DNA of 52,802 nucleotides from Patescibacteria group bacterium (GTDB lineage Bacteria; Patescibacteriota; Patescibacteriia; Patescibacteriales; UBA12465): NCBI GenBank assembly GCA_041665845.1, contig JBAYIC010000009.1, positions 1 to 52,802 of the forward strand, read 5' to 3'. Shown piece by piece: positions 1 to 9,223 of this stretch (position 1 is its first letter; each line of letters starts with the position of its first letter). The notes under the pieces were generated by a model. It saw only the letters and a program-made list of their open reading frames with translations, ran no database searches and was not told where the DNA came from. The position numbers and the translations under genes were made by a program.

Positions 1-817
1 GAATTCCATATTTTTTAGCTGCTGCCTGTAAAATTGAACGGGATAAAAAGATTAATTCATAAAAAACATCCGTTCTCCTAGTGCGTAAATAAACTAATTC
101 TCTTGCTTCGCGATAGAGTGTGCGTAAAGGTTTTGGTATCTCAGGATAAATATGCTGTTCATGCTTTTTAAGATTAGAGCGGTATTTCGTTAATTCCTTA
201 AGACTATAAGGACTAGCAAAGCCATCACGCGCCCTCATCCAACCATATTTTTTTCTAATACTTTTTAAATCAACCCCCGCCCTCATTTCTTCTTCCATTA
301 ATTCAAGAGCATTCTTTTTTTCCGGATAAGAAGCGTCGCCAATATATTTATCTAAATCCGTCTTAATATATTTTACGGTTTTTGTTTTTAAATCATGCCA
401 AATAACATGTTCAAGCATATGCGCCGACCAAATAAAAGCCGATGACTGCTGCAAAATATTTTCTAAAATAATTAATTTATTTTTTAAACTCATTTTCTTA
501 TCAGCGCCAAGACGAGCAACTTCTAGCTTGTTTGCTTGATAGAAAACTTCAAGTTTTTCTGATATTTCCTCTATTTTATGTTCTTTCAACCAGTTTCTAA
601 GCTGCGGAACGGTTTTATTAAACACTTCATCGGACCAATACCAAGTACTATCTGTAAAAATAAATGAATCCATTTCCCAGCCACTAAGACCAATTTTCTT
701 AAAAGTTTTTTTGGAAGAAGAACCATGGAATAAAGACATTATAAAAGCATAAAAAGGACGCCTAAGCCAAGGCTCCCATTTATACTTTAAAACTTTTTCT
801 ATAATTTTTTTATCCAT
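1..817 (-). CDS. Fourth paralogue of the PEP-utilizer-swivel family, N-terminal 272 aa only (runs off the window edge); not in the ORF track
   Basis: Manual translation from ATG at 817, 1 nt after the upstream stop at 819: MDKKIIEKVLKYKWEPWLRRPFYAFIMSLF...KKYGWMRARDG...LVYLRTRRTDVFYEL...KKYGI, open to the edge. It shares RPF, KY(G/A)W and Y-x-R/K-x-x-R motifs with the three complete neighbours. The swivel domain would lie outside the window. Confidence 0.8.
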   Translation of the reverse strand, partial: MDKKIIEKVLKYKWEPWLRRPFYAFIMSLFHGSSSKKTFKKIGLSGWEMDSFIFTDSTWYWSDEVFNKTVPQLRNWLKEHKIEEISEKLEVFYQANKLEVARLGADKKMSLKNKLIILENILQQSSAFIWSAHMLEHVIWHDLKTKTVKYIKTDLDKYIGDASYPEKKNALELMEEEMRAGVDLKSIRKKYGWMRARDGFASPYSLKELTKYRSNLKKHEQHIYPEIPKPLRTLYREARELVYLRTRRTDVFYELIFLSRSILQAAAKKYGI

Positions 818-818
818 A

Positions 819-2234
819 TTATTTTACTCTTTTAATGATTCCTTTATCCGCGTCAACCTCAACCATATCGCCGTTGTGCAAAACTTTGGTAGCGATTTTT
901 GCCCCCACAACGCAGGGTTTTTTTAACTCCCGCGAAACAATTGCCGCATGAGAGGTTATTCCTCCTTCATTAGTAATAATTGCGGCGGCTTTTTTCATAA
1001 CCATCATAAAAGAGGGTGAGGTATAATGAGCAACTAAAATTTCTCCGGTTTTAAATTTCTTAAAATCCTGCGCCCCCATTATTAATCTTACTCTTCCTCT
1101 CGCTAAACCGGAAGAAACGGCAACACCCTTAATTTCTTTAACGGCTGATTCGACCTCTAAGTATTTAGCAATTACTTTTTTAACTAATTCGGGTTTATAA
1201 ATGAAAAACTCGTGTACCCCCTTTTTACTCGCCGGTGAAAAAATAATAGTTTTACGATTAATTCTTTTTTCTAGTAGTTCCTGGGTGGGCAAAATACCTT
1301 TCTCTAAGTAAGCAATTATTTCTTGGTTAGTAAGATTAACCGCATCATAATAAGAAAACCAGGGGAACTCTTTTTGAACCAATAAAGCTAACCTCTTGAA
1401 GAAACTCCGCATTGCGGTTAATCCTTGATTATATATTTCTATTCTATCGGTTCTAATATTAACATACTCATGAATAATTTCCGCCATTAATTTATCTTTT
1501 CCGTCTAACTTTTTAATAGCTTCTTGATAATGATGCTTATTTTCAGAAATAGTTGATCTATAACTTAAAATCGCTTTCTTTAAATCTCTTTTTGTTATTT
1601 CTTTTTTTCTTTTATTAACATCTGATTTATCCATTAACTTTTCTTTCAACGAATATTCATTTAACCAAGCGTATTTTTTAACTAATTTATCATAATTAAT
1701 TTTTTCACCCATAGCTAATAATTCAAGCTGAAACTTTTGATAACCAAACAGCTGAGTTGGGCCAGAAATACCTGCAATTAAATCTACGTTTTTAACCTTA
1801 CTGGCGAAACGATGATATAAATCATCTTCAATTATATATGGAGAAATAAAATAGACGCTAAAAGCAGTTAAATTCTTATCCCAAGACTTGTAACAAGTCA
1901 AAAGACTCTTACGGTCTAATTTTACATGTTTAGCTTTACGACTTGATTCTAATAATTTTTTTCCTAAAGTTTTATAGTTTGCTAAATGTTTTTTAAAGTT
2001 ATCACCTTGCAATAATTTATTAATAAAACTTTTATATTTTTTATGAGCATTTTTTTCGATATAAATACTATCCTTCCCATCTGGAAGAGGGACGCATAAA
2101 GATGAAATACCTAAAGTATGACGGCAAAAAGTACCAACAATGCCAACTCTTTGTACGGTAAAGGGTCGAGAAGCCATTACTTCATAAGCATCTTTGTTTG
2201 TTATAATATATTTTGCTATTTCACTTTCAGTCAT
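819..2234 (-). CDS. PEP-utilizing enzyme mobile (phospho-His swivel) domain protein with a large helical N-terminal domain; no ATP-grasp domain
   Basis: C-terminal ~105 aa: KGVAVSSGLARGRV...TNEGGITSHAAIVSRELKKPCVVG...VEVDADKG (canonical His motif). The N-terminal ~365 aa has no PPDK/PEP-synthase nucleotide-binding motifs. Confidence 0.88.
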   Translation of the reverse strand: MTESEIAKYIITNKDAYEVMASRPFTVQRVGIVGTFCRHTLGISSLCVPLPDGKDSIYIEKNAHKKYKSFINKLLQGDNFKKHLANYKTLGKKLLESSRKAKHVKLDRKSLLTCYKSWDKNLTAFSVYFISPYIIEDDLYHRFASKVKNVDLIAGISGPTQLFGYQKFQLELLAMGEKINYDKLVKKYAWLNEYSLKEKLMDKSDVNKRKKEITKRDLKKAILSYRSTISENKHHYQEAIKKLDGKDKLMAEIIHEYVNIRTDRIEIYNQGLTAMRSFFKRLALLVQKEFPWFSYYDAVNLTNQEIIAYLEKGILPTQELLEKRINRKTIIFSPASKKGVHEFFIYKPELVKKVIAKYLEVESAVKEIKGVAVSSGLARGRVRLIMGAQDFKKFKTGEILVAHYTSPSFMMVMKKAAAIITNEGGITSHAAIVSRELKKPCVVGAKIATKVLHNGDMVEVDADKGIIKRVK

Positions 2235-3687
2235 TTGATTTTTTTATTATTTTAACTATTCCTTTATTGGCATCTACTTCAACCCAATCTCCGTCATGCA
2301 GTCTTTTGGTAGCGTTTTTTGCTCCAACAATACATGGTTTTTTTAATTCCCTCGCGACAATAGCCGCATGACAAGTTAAACCGCCATCATCGGTAATAAT
2401 AGCTTTAGCTTTTTTCATGGCAATAACATAATCCGGTGAAGTCATTAAGGCTACTAATATTCGTCCCGCCTTAAAACTATTAATTTTTTGACCATTCAGA
2501 ATAATTTGTACGCGACCAGTTATTCTCCCCGGATAGGCGACTACTCCTTTTACCTCCTTATCTAGTGATTTAGTGTATTCTTTTTCAAAAATCGTAAAAA
2601 TTTCCTTCACCCGTTCGGTACTGATAGCTACGTCATCGCCCATAATACATAAACGAGAATAAACCTGACGTTTTTTAATTTCTTTTTTTAATTCCGAACT
2701 TTTCATGGCCCAATCAAATTCATCCCAAAGAATATATAAAGATTCTTCAAGGCTAATATCTAAAGACTTCGCTAACGCCTCATACATTTTTATTATCTGG
2801 CCAGTAATATGCCAAGCTAGCGCTTTTCGTTTATCTTGGATATAGGAAGATGTTTGAACTAATTTAGCATATTTTATAATTTCCGCATTAAGCTTATATT
2901 TTTTAACTAGTTGATTAAACCGTTTAGTTATTTCACGGTGATAATTTTGAAAATAATAATAACGTTCTGATGTTTTCTTATCTTTAATCAATTTGTTTAG
3001 ACGCTCACTAAAGAATTTTTTATCAGCTAAACGAACTCCGTGATAACCATTTAAAATCCAAGAAAATTTATTAATATGCTGATTCAATAACTGGGCCCGA
3101 TACACAGAATTAGTCTCTAAAGCAATTTTTAGCAAAGCATATTCCTCTTCTAACATATAGGACTTCTCCGGGAAAGCGCTGAGCTGAGAAAGTTCTTCGG
3201 GACTTAATAATACTTTATTTTGCTTAATTATTTTTTCTAAATGATTGCTAACGGCGTAAGTTAAAACTTCAACATCAGTAATTATAAACCAAAAATTAGA
3301 ATAAACTTTAAAAAATTTAAACCATTCCCGTCGTAATTCTTCTAAATTTAATCTATTCAAATCAATTTTAGAAACTCGTCTTGTTTCTTGGCTTAAGCTT
3401 TCAAATGCTCGCTTATATTTAAGCATCAAATTGCTTGGTAATTTTCCTTGAGAATTAATTAAATATTTTTTAATAAATTTATTACCATTAGCCCAAATAT
3501 CTGACCAATTATTATACCAATAAAAGTCGTGTCCGAAAAAAAAGCATTCTGATTTCGGCCAACCATATGGAGACTTATTCATGTCGCGACAAACAGCATA
3601 AATCAACGCCGGATAAGCATCAACCTTCCAACGAAAAAGATCTTTTTTCGGGTTAACAACTAAAGGGAGATTAAACTTTTTAGTCAT
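2227..3687 (-). CDS. PEP-utilizing enzyme mobile-domain protein, paralogue 2
   Basis: TDDGGLTCHAAIVARELKKPCIVG...VEVDANKG at the C-terminus; overlaps the next gene by 8 nt. Confidence 0.88.
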   Translation of the reverse strand: MTKKFNLPLVVNPKKDLFRWKVDAYPALIYAVCRDMNKSPYGWPKSECFFFGHDFYWYNNWSDIWANGNKFIKKYLINSQGKLPSNLMLKYKRAFESLSQETRRVSKIDLNRLNLEELRREWFKFFKVYSNFWFIITDVEVLTYAVSNHLEKIIKQNKVLLSPEELSQLSAFPEKSYMLEEEYALLKIALETNSVYRAQLLNQHINKFSWILNGYHGVRLADKKFFSERLNKLIKDKKTSERYYYFQNYHREITKRFNQLVKKYKLNAEIIKYAKLVQTSSYIQDKRKALAWHITGQIIKMYEALAKSLDISLEESLYILWDEFDWAMKSSELKKEIKKRQVYSRLCIMGDDVAISTERVKEIFTIFEKEYTKSLDKEVKGVVAYPGRITGRVQIILNGQKINSFKAGRILVALMTSPDYVIAMKKAKAIITDDGGLTCHAAIVARELKKPCIVGAKNATKRLHDGDWVEVDANKGIVKIIKKSND

Positions 3688-3690
3688 AAG

Positions 3691-5214
3691 TTAATTTTTT
3701 GTTCTTTCGATTATTCTTATTATCCCTCGATTTGCATCTACCTCTACTAAATCACCATCGTGCAAAACTTTAGTAGCAATTTTTGTGCCGATAATACAAG
3801 GGGTTTTGAGCTCACGGGCAACAATCGCCGCATGGCAAGTTACTCCGCCCGTATTAGTAATAATCGCCGCTGCCTTATTCATAGCCGGAACTAAAGACGG
3901 ATTAGTAGAAAAACTTACTAAAATATCACCTTCTTGAAACTTTTCTAAATCACTCTTTGCATTAACTATCTTCACTATCCCCTTAATCTTTCCCGGATAA
4001 GCTGTATTTCCTTTTAATTCCTTATCGCCTGAAATTTTTGTATCAATGGGAAAAAATAATTCTTTAAATTTCATTGCCTTAGCGCCCGTACAAAAAGTCT
4101 CCTTTCCATTTACCTGCAATACGGCTAAACAATTATAACGTTTATTTAATTCTTCGACTGATGGAACGTTTCCCTTCTTTAACCAAAGCTCTATTTCATC
4201 AGGAAAAAGATATTTTACTAAAGTCGCCGTGCAATACAAACGACGGGCGGCTTCTTGAAACCATTTCTGCATCGCAAAGTTCAACCTATAAATCTGCACC
4301 TCCTTGCGAAGCTCCTTGATATAAGAAAAATCTTTTAAGGCGTTAATCTGCTTGATTAAATCTCTACTAAGACCGCTCATTATTTTAGCTTGCCACTTTT
4401 TAAGAATTACTTTTTCATTTTTCTTGGACAATAATTCTTTCTCGGGATTTTTTTTATGCCTTTTTACTAAATCGTAGTAATAATCTGCCTTAGCCGCTTG
4501 ACCATCATAATAAAATTGCATCCAACCAAATTTTTTAGCTAGATTATTTAAATCTTTAATTATTTCTTTAGGCAAGTTATCTATTTTTTTACTTTTTACA
4601 AATATCTTCCAAATATCCGAGCTCTTTTTCCAATTCACTAAACAATTTAAAACAGCTATCTGTTCTTTATATAAATAAGTATCTCCTAGGGATGTTGTTA
4701 ATTTGCTAAAAATTGTTTCTAAATCATTTTTATCCCTTAAATATTTTTCTAATGATATTTTTACGCGATCTGATAATTTATCATCACTCATATCCATATA
4801 AGGCGGTATTCCTGCTAAACGTCCACAATCAACCCAAAGTTTGTGAAACTCATCATACCAAGCAAACAATTTCTTATTACTCAATCCGCGTAAATCAGCG
4901 ACCAATAATTTATTAGCGAAAATATTTATTTTACGAAAAGAGGCTAACTGATTAGAAACGATACGACTGACAAATTTATTATCATTATTCATTTGCTTCT
5001 CAAAATAATTTCCACTTCCCGCAAATCTTTCATGAATCGGGCCCCAAGTTACTTTTTCTTTTTCAAAAACATAGAGATTATCAATATAAATTCCACGACC
5101 GGTTAATTCATAATTAATAGGTCCAAAAATTTCATTCCAAAAAATCCAAGGATGAAGCGGAACATTATAATCTTCAACTAAAACTGTATATTTTGGTTTA
5201 ACCATATTATTCAA
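3691..5214 (-). CDS. PEP-utilizing enzyme mobile-domain protein, paralogue 3
   Basis: TNTGGVTCHAAIVARELKTPCIIG...VEVDANRG at the C-terminus; 3-nt gap to the next gene. Confidence 0.88.
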   Translation of the reverse strand: MNNMVKPKYTVLVEDYNVPLHPWIFWNEIFGPINYELTGRGIYIDNLYVFEKEKVTWGPIHERFAGSGNYFEKQMNNDNKFVSRIVSNQLASFRKINIFANKLLVADLRGLSNKKLFAWYDEFHKLWVDCGRLAGIPPYMDMSDDKLSDRVKISLEKYLRDKNDLETIFSKLTTSLGDTYLYKEQIAVLNCLVNWKKSSDIWKIFVKSKKIDNLPKEIIKDLNNLAKKFGWMQFYYDGQAAKADYYYDLVKRHKKNPEKELLSKKNEKVILKKWQAKIMSGLSRDLIKQINALKDFSYIKELRKEVQIYRLNFAMQKWFQEAARRLYCTATLVKYLFPDEIELWLKKGNVPSVEELNKRYNCLAVLQVNGKETFCTGAKAMKFKELFFPIDTKISGDKELKGNTAYPGKIKGIVKIVNAKSDLEKFQEGDILVSFSTNPSLVPAMNKAAAIITNTGGVTCHAAIVARELKTPCIIGTKIATKVLHDGDLVEVDANRGIIRIIERTKN

Positions 5215-5216
5215 TT

Positions 5217-5630
5217 CTAATTAGTACGTAAGAGGCTTGATTTATATTTCTCAGGATGATGAGCTTCGAGCCTTTTTATCTTACAAAAAAAGCGCTCCGA
5301 AGCTATAAATTGCTCAAGCGCTTCTATGTCTACTTTTTGATCATAACCTAAACAGATAACATCAGGACGCAATTCTTTTATAAGTTGCCATTTATCCACT
5401 GAATTACCCAATATCACTCGCCCTTTTATTTCTAAATCCTTGACCGCATCTTCTACTTTTTGACGACGGATTTCTTCATTTTCTTGAGGTAGGCGACCCT
5501 TTCCTTTTAAAACATTAGTATCGCGTGCAACCACCACTATCAGCTCATCTCCAAAAATACCGGCCTGGGAAAGATAGGAAAGATGGCCGGGATGAAGATT
5601 GTCAAAGGTTCCAAAGGCGATGACGCGCAT
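5217..5630 (-). CDS. HxGH-class nucleotidyltransferase (cytidylyltransferase-like), resembling archaeal-type FAD synthase RibL / glycerol-3-phosphate cytidylyltransferase
   Basis: GTFDNLHPGH, VVVARD, PDVICLGYDQ and KYKSS motifs; 137 aa single domain. Confidence 0.8.
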   Translation of the reverse strand: MRVIAFGTFDNLHPGHLSYLSQAGIFGDELIVVVARDTNVLKGKGRLPQENEEIRRQKVEDAVKDLEIKGRVILGNSVDKWQLIKELRPDVICLGYDQKVDIEALEQFIASERFFCKIKRLEAHHPEKYKSSLLRTN

Positions 5631-5670
5631 ATTTTATCTTTTGTTTATCTCGTGTTTGCTATACTTATTT

Positions 5671-5699
5671 TTGACACTTAAAAAAATTTTTGCTATTAT
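5671..5699 (+). promoter_or_regulatory. Near-consensus sigma70 promoter pointing against the flanking genes
   Basis: TTGACA (5671-5676), 17-bp spacer, TG-n extended element (5691-5692), TATTAT (5694-5699). Confidence 0.65.
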
Positions 5700-5705
5700 A
5701 ATGAA

Positions 5706-5772
5706 CGTTAAGGCTTGTCTATATTGCAACCTGTAAGATAAATAAATGCCCCCGTAAGGGGGTTTTTATTTT
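5706..5772 (+). ncRNA. Candidate ~65-nt small RNA of unknown family
   Basis: Lies between the plus-strand promoter and a plus-strand intrinsic terminator; no usable ORF; possible 5' hairpin AGGcUUG/CAACCU. Inferred only. Confidence 0.35.
5748..5772 (+). terminator. Intrinsic terminator (may also stop minus-strand metK transcripts)
   Basis: GCCCCC-GTAA-GGGGGT followed by TTTTATTTT. The GNRA loop, the closing G-U pair and the better U-tract all favour the plus strand. Confidence 0.75.
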
Positions 5773-5801
5773 ACCCCTCAACTCGAACATTTCATCTTAA
5801 A

Positions 5802-6953
5802 CTATTTTACTATTTTTTTCAAAGCGGCAACCTTATCAATTTTTTCCCAAGCAAATTCATTGCGTCCGAAATGCCCATAAGCAGCTGTCCTCTGAAAAAC
5901 TGGTTTCTTAAGTCCTAAAATATCAATAATTGCTCGCGGTCTAAAATCAAAAACTTTTTCAATTGCTTTTAAAATATTAGTTTCCGAAAATTTACTAGTT
6001 CCAAATGTATCAATATAAATACCAACTGGCTTAGCAATCCCAATTGCATAGGCAACTTGTAATTCACATTTATCAGCTAATCCGGCCGCAACAATATTCT
6101 TAGCAACATAACGCGCCATATACGCGCCCGATCTATCTACCTTAGAAGAATCCTTACCGGAAAAACAACCGCCGCCATGGCGAGCATAGCCGCCATAAGT
6201 ATCAACGATAATTTTGCGGCCAGTAAGCCCGGTATCAGCACCTGGGCCACCGAAAGTAAAGGCACCAGTCGAATTGATAAAGACCTTGGTTTTTTTATCA
6301 AGCATTTTTCCTAAAACCGGAGTAATAACTTGTTTCAAAATATCGGCTCTTACTTTTGCTAACTTGATTTTTGAACTATGGCAAGCGGCAATCACAACCG
6401 TTTCAACTCGTTTTGCTTTTCCGTCTTGATATTCAACGGTAACTTGAGACTTTCCGTCCGGCTTTAAATAAGGCAAGATTTTTTTATGTCTTACTTCCGC
6501 TAAGCGTGCGGCTAATTTATGAGCAAGCGTAATCGGAAGCGGCATTAATTCTTTTGTTTCATTACAAGCAAAGCCATACATCAAACCTTGATCACCCGCT
6601 CCCTGTTCTTTATGTTCGCCCTTTCCTTCATCAACTCCTTGGGCAATTTCTTGGCTCTGTTCATGAAGAGCGGAAACAATTCCGACGCTATCGCAATCAA
6701 ACCCAGATTCGGCATCACTATAGCCAATCTCTTTTAAAGTACGACGAACAATATCATCTACTTTAACATATTCCTTAGTTCTTACTTCCCCGCCAACAAC
6801 AACTAAGCCATTAGTCACAAAACATTCAACGGCGGCATGGCTTTCTGGATCATGACGCAACATTTCATCTAAAATACTATCGCTTATTCGATCGCAAACC
6901 TTATCAGGATGGCCTTCGGTTACGGACTCAGAAGTAATTAATTTAATATTCAT
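5802..6953 (-). CDS. metK: S-adenosylmethionine synthetase
   Basis: [45 protein letters not shown] and AAYGHFGR motifs. Confidence 0.98.
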   Translation of the reverse strand: MNIKLITSESVTEGHPDKVCDRISDSILDEMLRHDPESHAAVECFVTNGLVVVGGEVRTKEYVKVDDIVRRTLKEIGYSDAESGFDCDSVGIVSALHEQSQEIAQGVDEGKGEHKEQGAGDQGLMYGFACNETKELMPLPITLAHKLAARLAEVRHKKILPYLKPDGKSQVTVEYQDGKAKRVETVVIAACHSSKIKLAKVRADILKQVITPVLGKMLDKKTKVFINSTGAFTFGGPGADTGLTGRKIIVDTYGGYARHGGGCFSGKDSSKVDRSGAYMARYVAKNIVAAGLADKCELQVAYAIGIAKPVGIYIDTFGTSKFSETNILKAIEKVFDFRPRAIIDILGLKKPVFQRTAAYGHFGRNEFAWEKIDKVAALKKIVK

Positions 6954-6992
6954 ATTTTTTATTTTATTTTTTCAAACTTCAACTTTCAAATT

Positions 6993-8249
6993 TTAAGTTC
7001 CTAAATTCCAACTGGATAAATAAGCGGCTTGTTCTTTACTTAACTTATCAATGGTGATTCCTAATGATTTTAATTTTAAACTCGCAACTCGTTTTTCAAT
7101 ATCTTCAGAAACATTATGGACTTTAATGTCTAATTTTTTCTTAGCAGTTACTACGGATTGAGCGGCTAAAGCTTGAGTAGAAAAACTCATATCCATTACG
7201 CTCGCCGGATGACCTTCGGCGGCAGCTAAATTTACCAATCTTCCTTCCGCCAATAAATATATGCGCTTACCACCAACCATATACTCGTCGACCTGGTTTC
7301 TAACTTGATAATTCACTTTCTTAGCTAGTTTTTTCAAAGCTGGGATATCAATCTCAACATCAAAATGTCCCGAATTACAAATTATCGAACCGCTCTTCAT
7401 GTTTTTAAAATGACGAGCAACAATAACATGCTTATCGCCGGTAATAGTACAAAAAATATCACCAATTTTTGAAGCTTCATCCATAGTCATAACTTGAAAA
7501 CCATCCATCGCCGCTTCTAAAGCTTTTATTTCATCAACTTCCGTTACAATAACTTTTGCGCCCATGCCTCTTGCTCTCATCGCAAAACCTTTTCCACACC
7601 AGCCATAACCAGCGGTAACAACATTCTTTCCAGCAATTAAAGCATCGGTTGCACGAATTATTCCGTCTAAAGTAGACTGGCCGGTTCCGTATCGATTATC
7701 AAATAAATTTTTAGTCTTAGCATCATTAACAGCAATCACTGGTAATTTTAATTTACCATGAGCATCAAGCGCACGAAGGCGAATAACCCCTGTCGTAGTT
7801 TCTTCCATGCTTCCTAAAATATTTTTCGCGTCAGCGGCATATTTATTATGCAGAAGTGAAATTAAATCAGCCCCATCATCCATGGTAATTTGTGGTTTAT
7901 CTTTTAGGGCTTGATTAAGGTGTTCATAATATGTTTTATTATCTTCTCCTCGAACGGCCATTACTTTAATCCCATGATTTTTTACAAGAGCGGCCGCAAT
8001 ATCATCTTGGGTAGAAAGCGGATTGGAAGCAACTAAAGTTATTTCGGCGCCTCCAGCGTGAAGTGTTAGCATTAAATTAGCCGTTTCCGCGGTTACATGC
8101 ATACAGGCGGAGATTCTCTTACCCTTGAAGGGTTTAGTGCGCGAAAACTCAGTCTTAATAATATTTAAAACCGGCATATCTAATCCGGCCCATTTTAAGC
8201 GTTTTTCTCCAGCAGCGGCTAATCTTATATCTTTAATGTGGCTAGTCAT
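6993..8249 (-). CDS. ahcY: S-adenosylhomocysteine hydrolase
   Basis: [38 protein letters not shown] and [16 protein letters not shown] motifs. Confidence 0.97.
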   Translation of the reverse strand: MTSHIKDIRLAAAGEKRLKWAGLDMPVLNIIKTEFSRTKPFKGKRISACMHVTAETANLMLTLHAGGAEITLVASNPLSTQDDIAAALVKNHGIKVMAVRGEDNKTYYEHLNQALKDKPQITMDDGADLISLLHNKYAADAKNILGSMEETTTGVIRLRALDAHGKLKLPVIAVNDAKTKNLFDNRYGTGQSTLDGIIRATDALIAGKNVVTAGYGWCGKGFAMRARGMGAKVIVTEVDEIKALEAAMDGFQVMTMDEASKIGDIFCTITGDKHVIVARHFKNMKSGSIICNSGHFDVEIDIPALKKLAKKVNYQVRNQVDEYMVGGKRIYLLAEGRLVNLAAAEGHPASVMDMSFSTQALAAQSVVTAKKKLDIKVHNVSEDIEKRVASLKLKSLGITIDKLSKEQAAYLSSWNLGT

Positions 8250-9223
8250 AAATTTATCTTTTCTTTAAAATTTTTGTAATATCTTTTTTGTAAATCTTTA
8301 ATTGTAAAACTATGTGTTTGGGTTCCATATTTTTCTACCGTATAGACCGAAACCGTCCCCGCCAACCTTCCACAAGTCTTTAGATTATAACCCTTTATTA
8401 GCCCCTTAATCAAGCCCGCTCGATAAGCGTCCCCCGCTCCAGTTGGATCTGAAGAATTAGCTGGTTTAGCCGATTTAACGATAATTTTATGACCACTCTG
8501 GTAAATTTCTGATCCTTTACTACCCTTGGTAATAATTAAAGTTTTAACCTTATTACTTAAATCAGCTATGCTCATTTTTAAAGATTGAGAAATAAAATTC
8601 ATTTCATAATCATTTCCAATTAAAACTTCGGCATTAACTATTGCTTCCCTTAATTCTTTAGGAGAAAAGGCGTGAACGGCTTGTCCAGAATCAAAAATAA
8701 AAGGAATTTTTCTAGCTCTATATGCTCTAGCGTATTGGAGCATCATCTCTTTATTATCGGGAGCAATAATCGCTAATTTAATGTTATATTTACGACAAGC
8801 AAGTGTTACGGCCTTAGTTGCATAATTAGGAATATAAGGACAAGGATAAAAAGCGGAAACTTGATTATCATTTTTATCAGTAATAATATGGGCGGTCGCT
8901 GTCGAATGAAGTTTGCGTTCTTTTATAAATTCAAGATTAAGCTTGTTTTTCAACATCCAAGCGCGATATGGTAAAAAATCAAAACCAACCGTCCCGAAGA
9001 CGATTGGCTTTTCTTTTAAAAGAGAAAGATTATAAGCGATGTTTCCGGCGGTACCACCAAAACTAGTTTTGAGATTATCGACTATTAGACTAAGATTTAA
9101 TTGATGAAACTGGTTTGGTTTCCCAAGAACAATATTGTCGGAAAAAATACCGGGAAAATCCATAATCTTATCAAAGGCGATAGAACCGGAAACCGCTATT
9201 TGCGAAATTTTATCTTTTAGCAT
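8246..9223 (-). CDS. PfkB-family kinase, probable adenosine/nucleoside kinase (AdoK type)
   Basis: [33 protein letters not shown] and [12 protein letters not shown] anion hole; stop overlaps the ahcY start (ATGA). Confidence 0.85.
   Translation of the reverse strand: MLKDKISQIAVSGSIAFDKIMDFPGIFSDNIVLGKPNQFHQLNLSLIVDNLKTSFGGTAGNIAYNLSLLKEKPIVFGTVGFDFLPYRAWMLKNKLNLEFIKERKLHSTATAHIITDKNDNQVSAFYPCPYIPNYATKAVTLACRKYNIKLAIIAPDNKEMMLQYARAYRARKIPFIFDSGQAVHAFSPKELREAIVNAEVLIGNDYEMNFISQSLKMSIADLSNKVKTLIITKGSKGSEIYQSGHKIIVKSAKPANSSDPTGAGDAYRAGLIKGLIKGYNLKTCGRLAGTVSVYTVEKYGTQTHSFTIKDLQKRYYKNFKEKINL

Noticed and set aside
819-5214. Calling the swivel-domain genes PEP synthase, PPDK or rifampin phosphotransferase
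   Set aside because: Only the His-swivel domain is present; no ATP-grasp or PEP/pyruvate-binding barrel is recognisable.
5701-5736. 11-codon ORF MNVKACLYCNL in the candidate sRNA region
   Set aside because: Its ATG overlaps the -10 box, so it would lie upstream of the predicted transcription start.
6954-6992. SAM riboswitch upstream of metK
   Set aside because: Only 39 bp of A/T-rich sequence with no pairing potential or SAM-box motifs.
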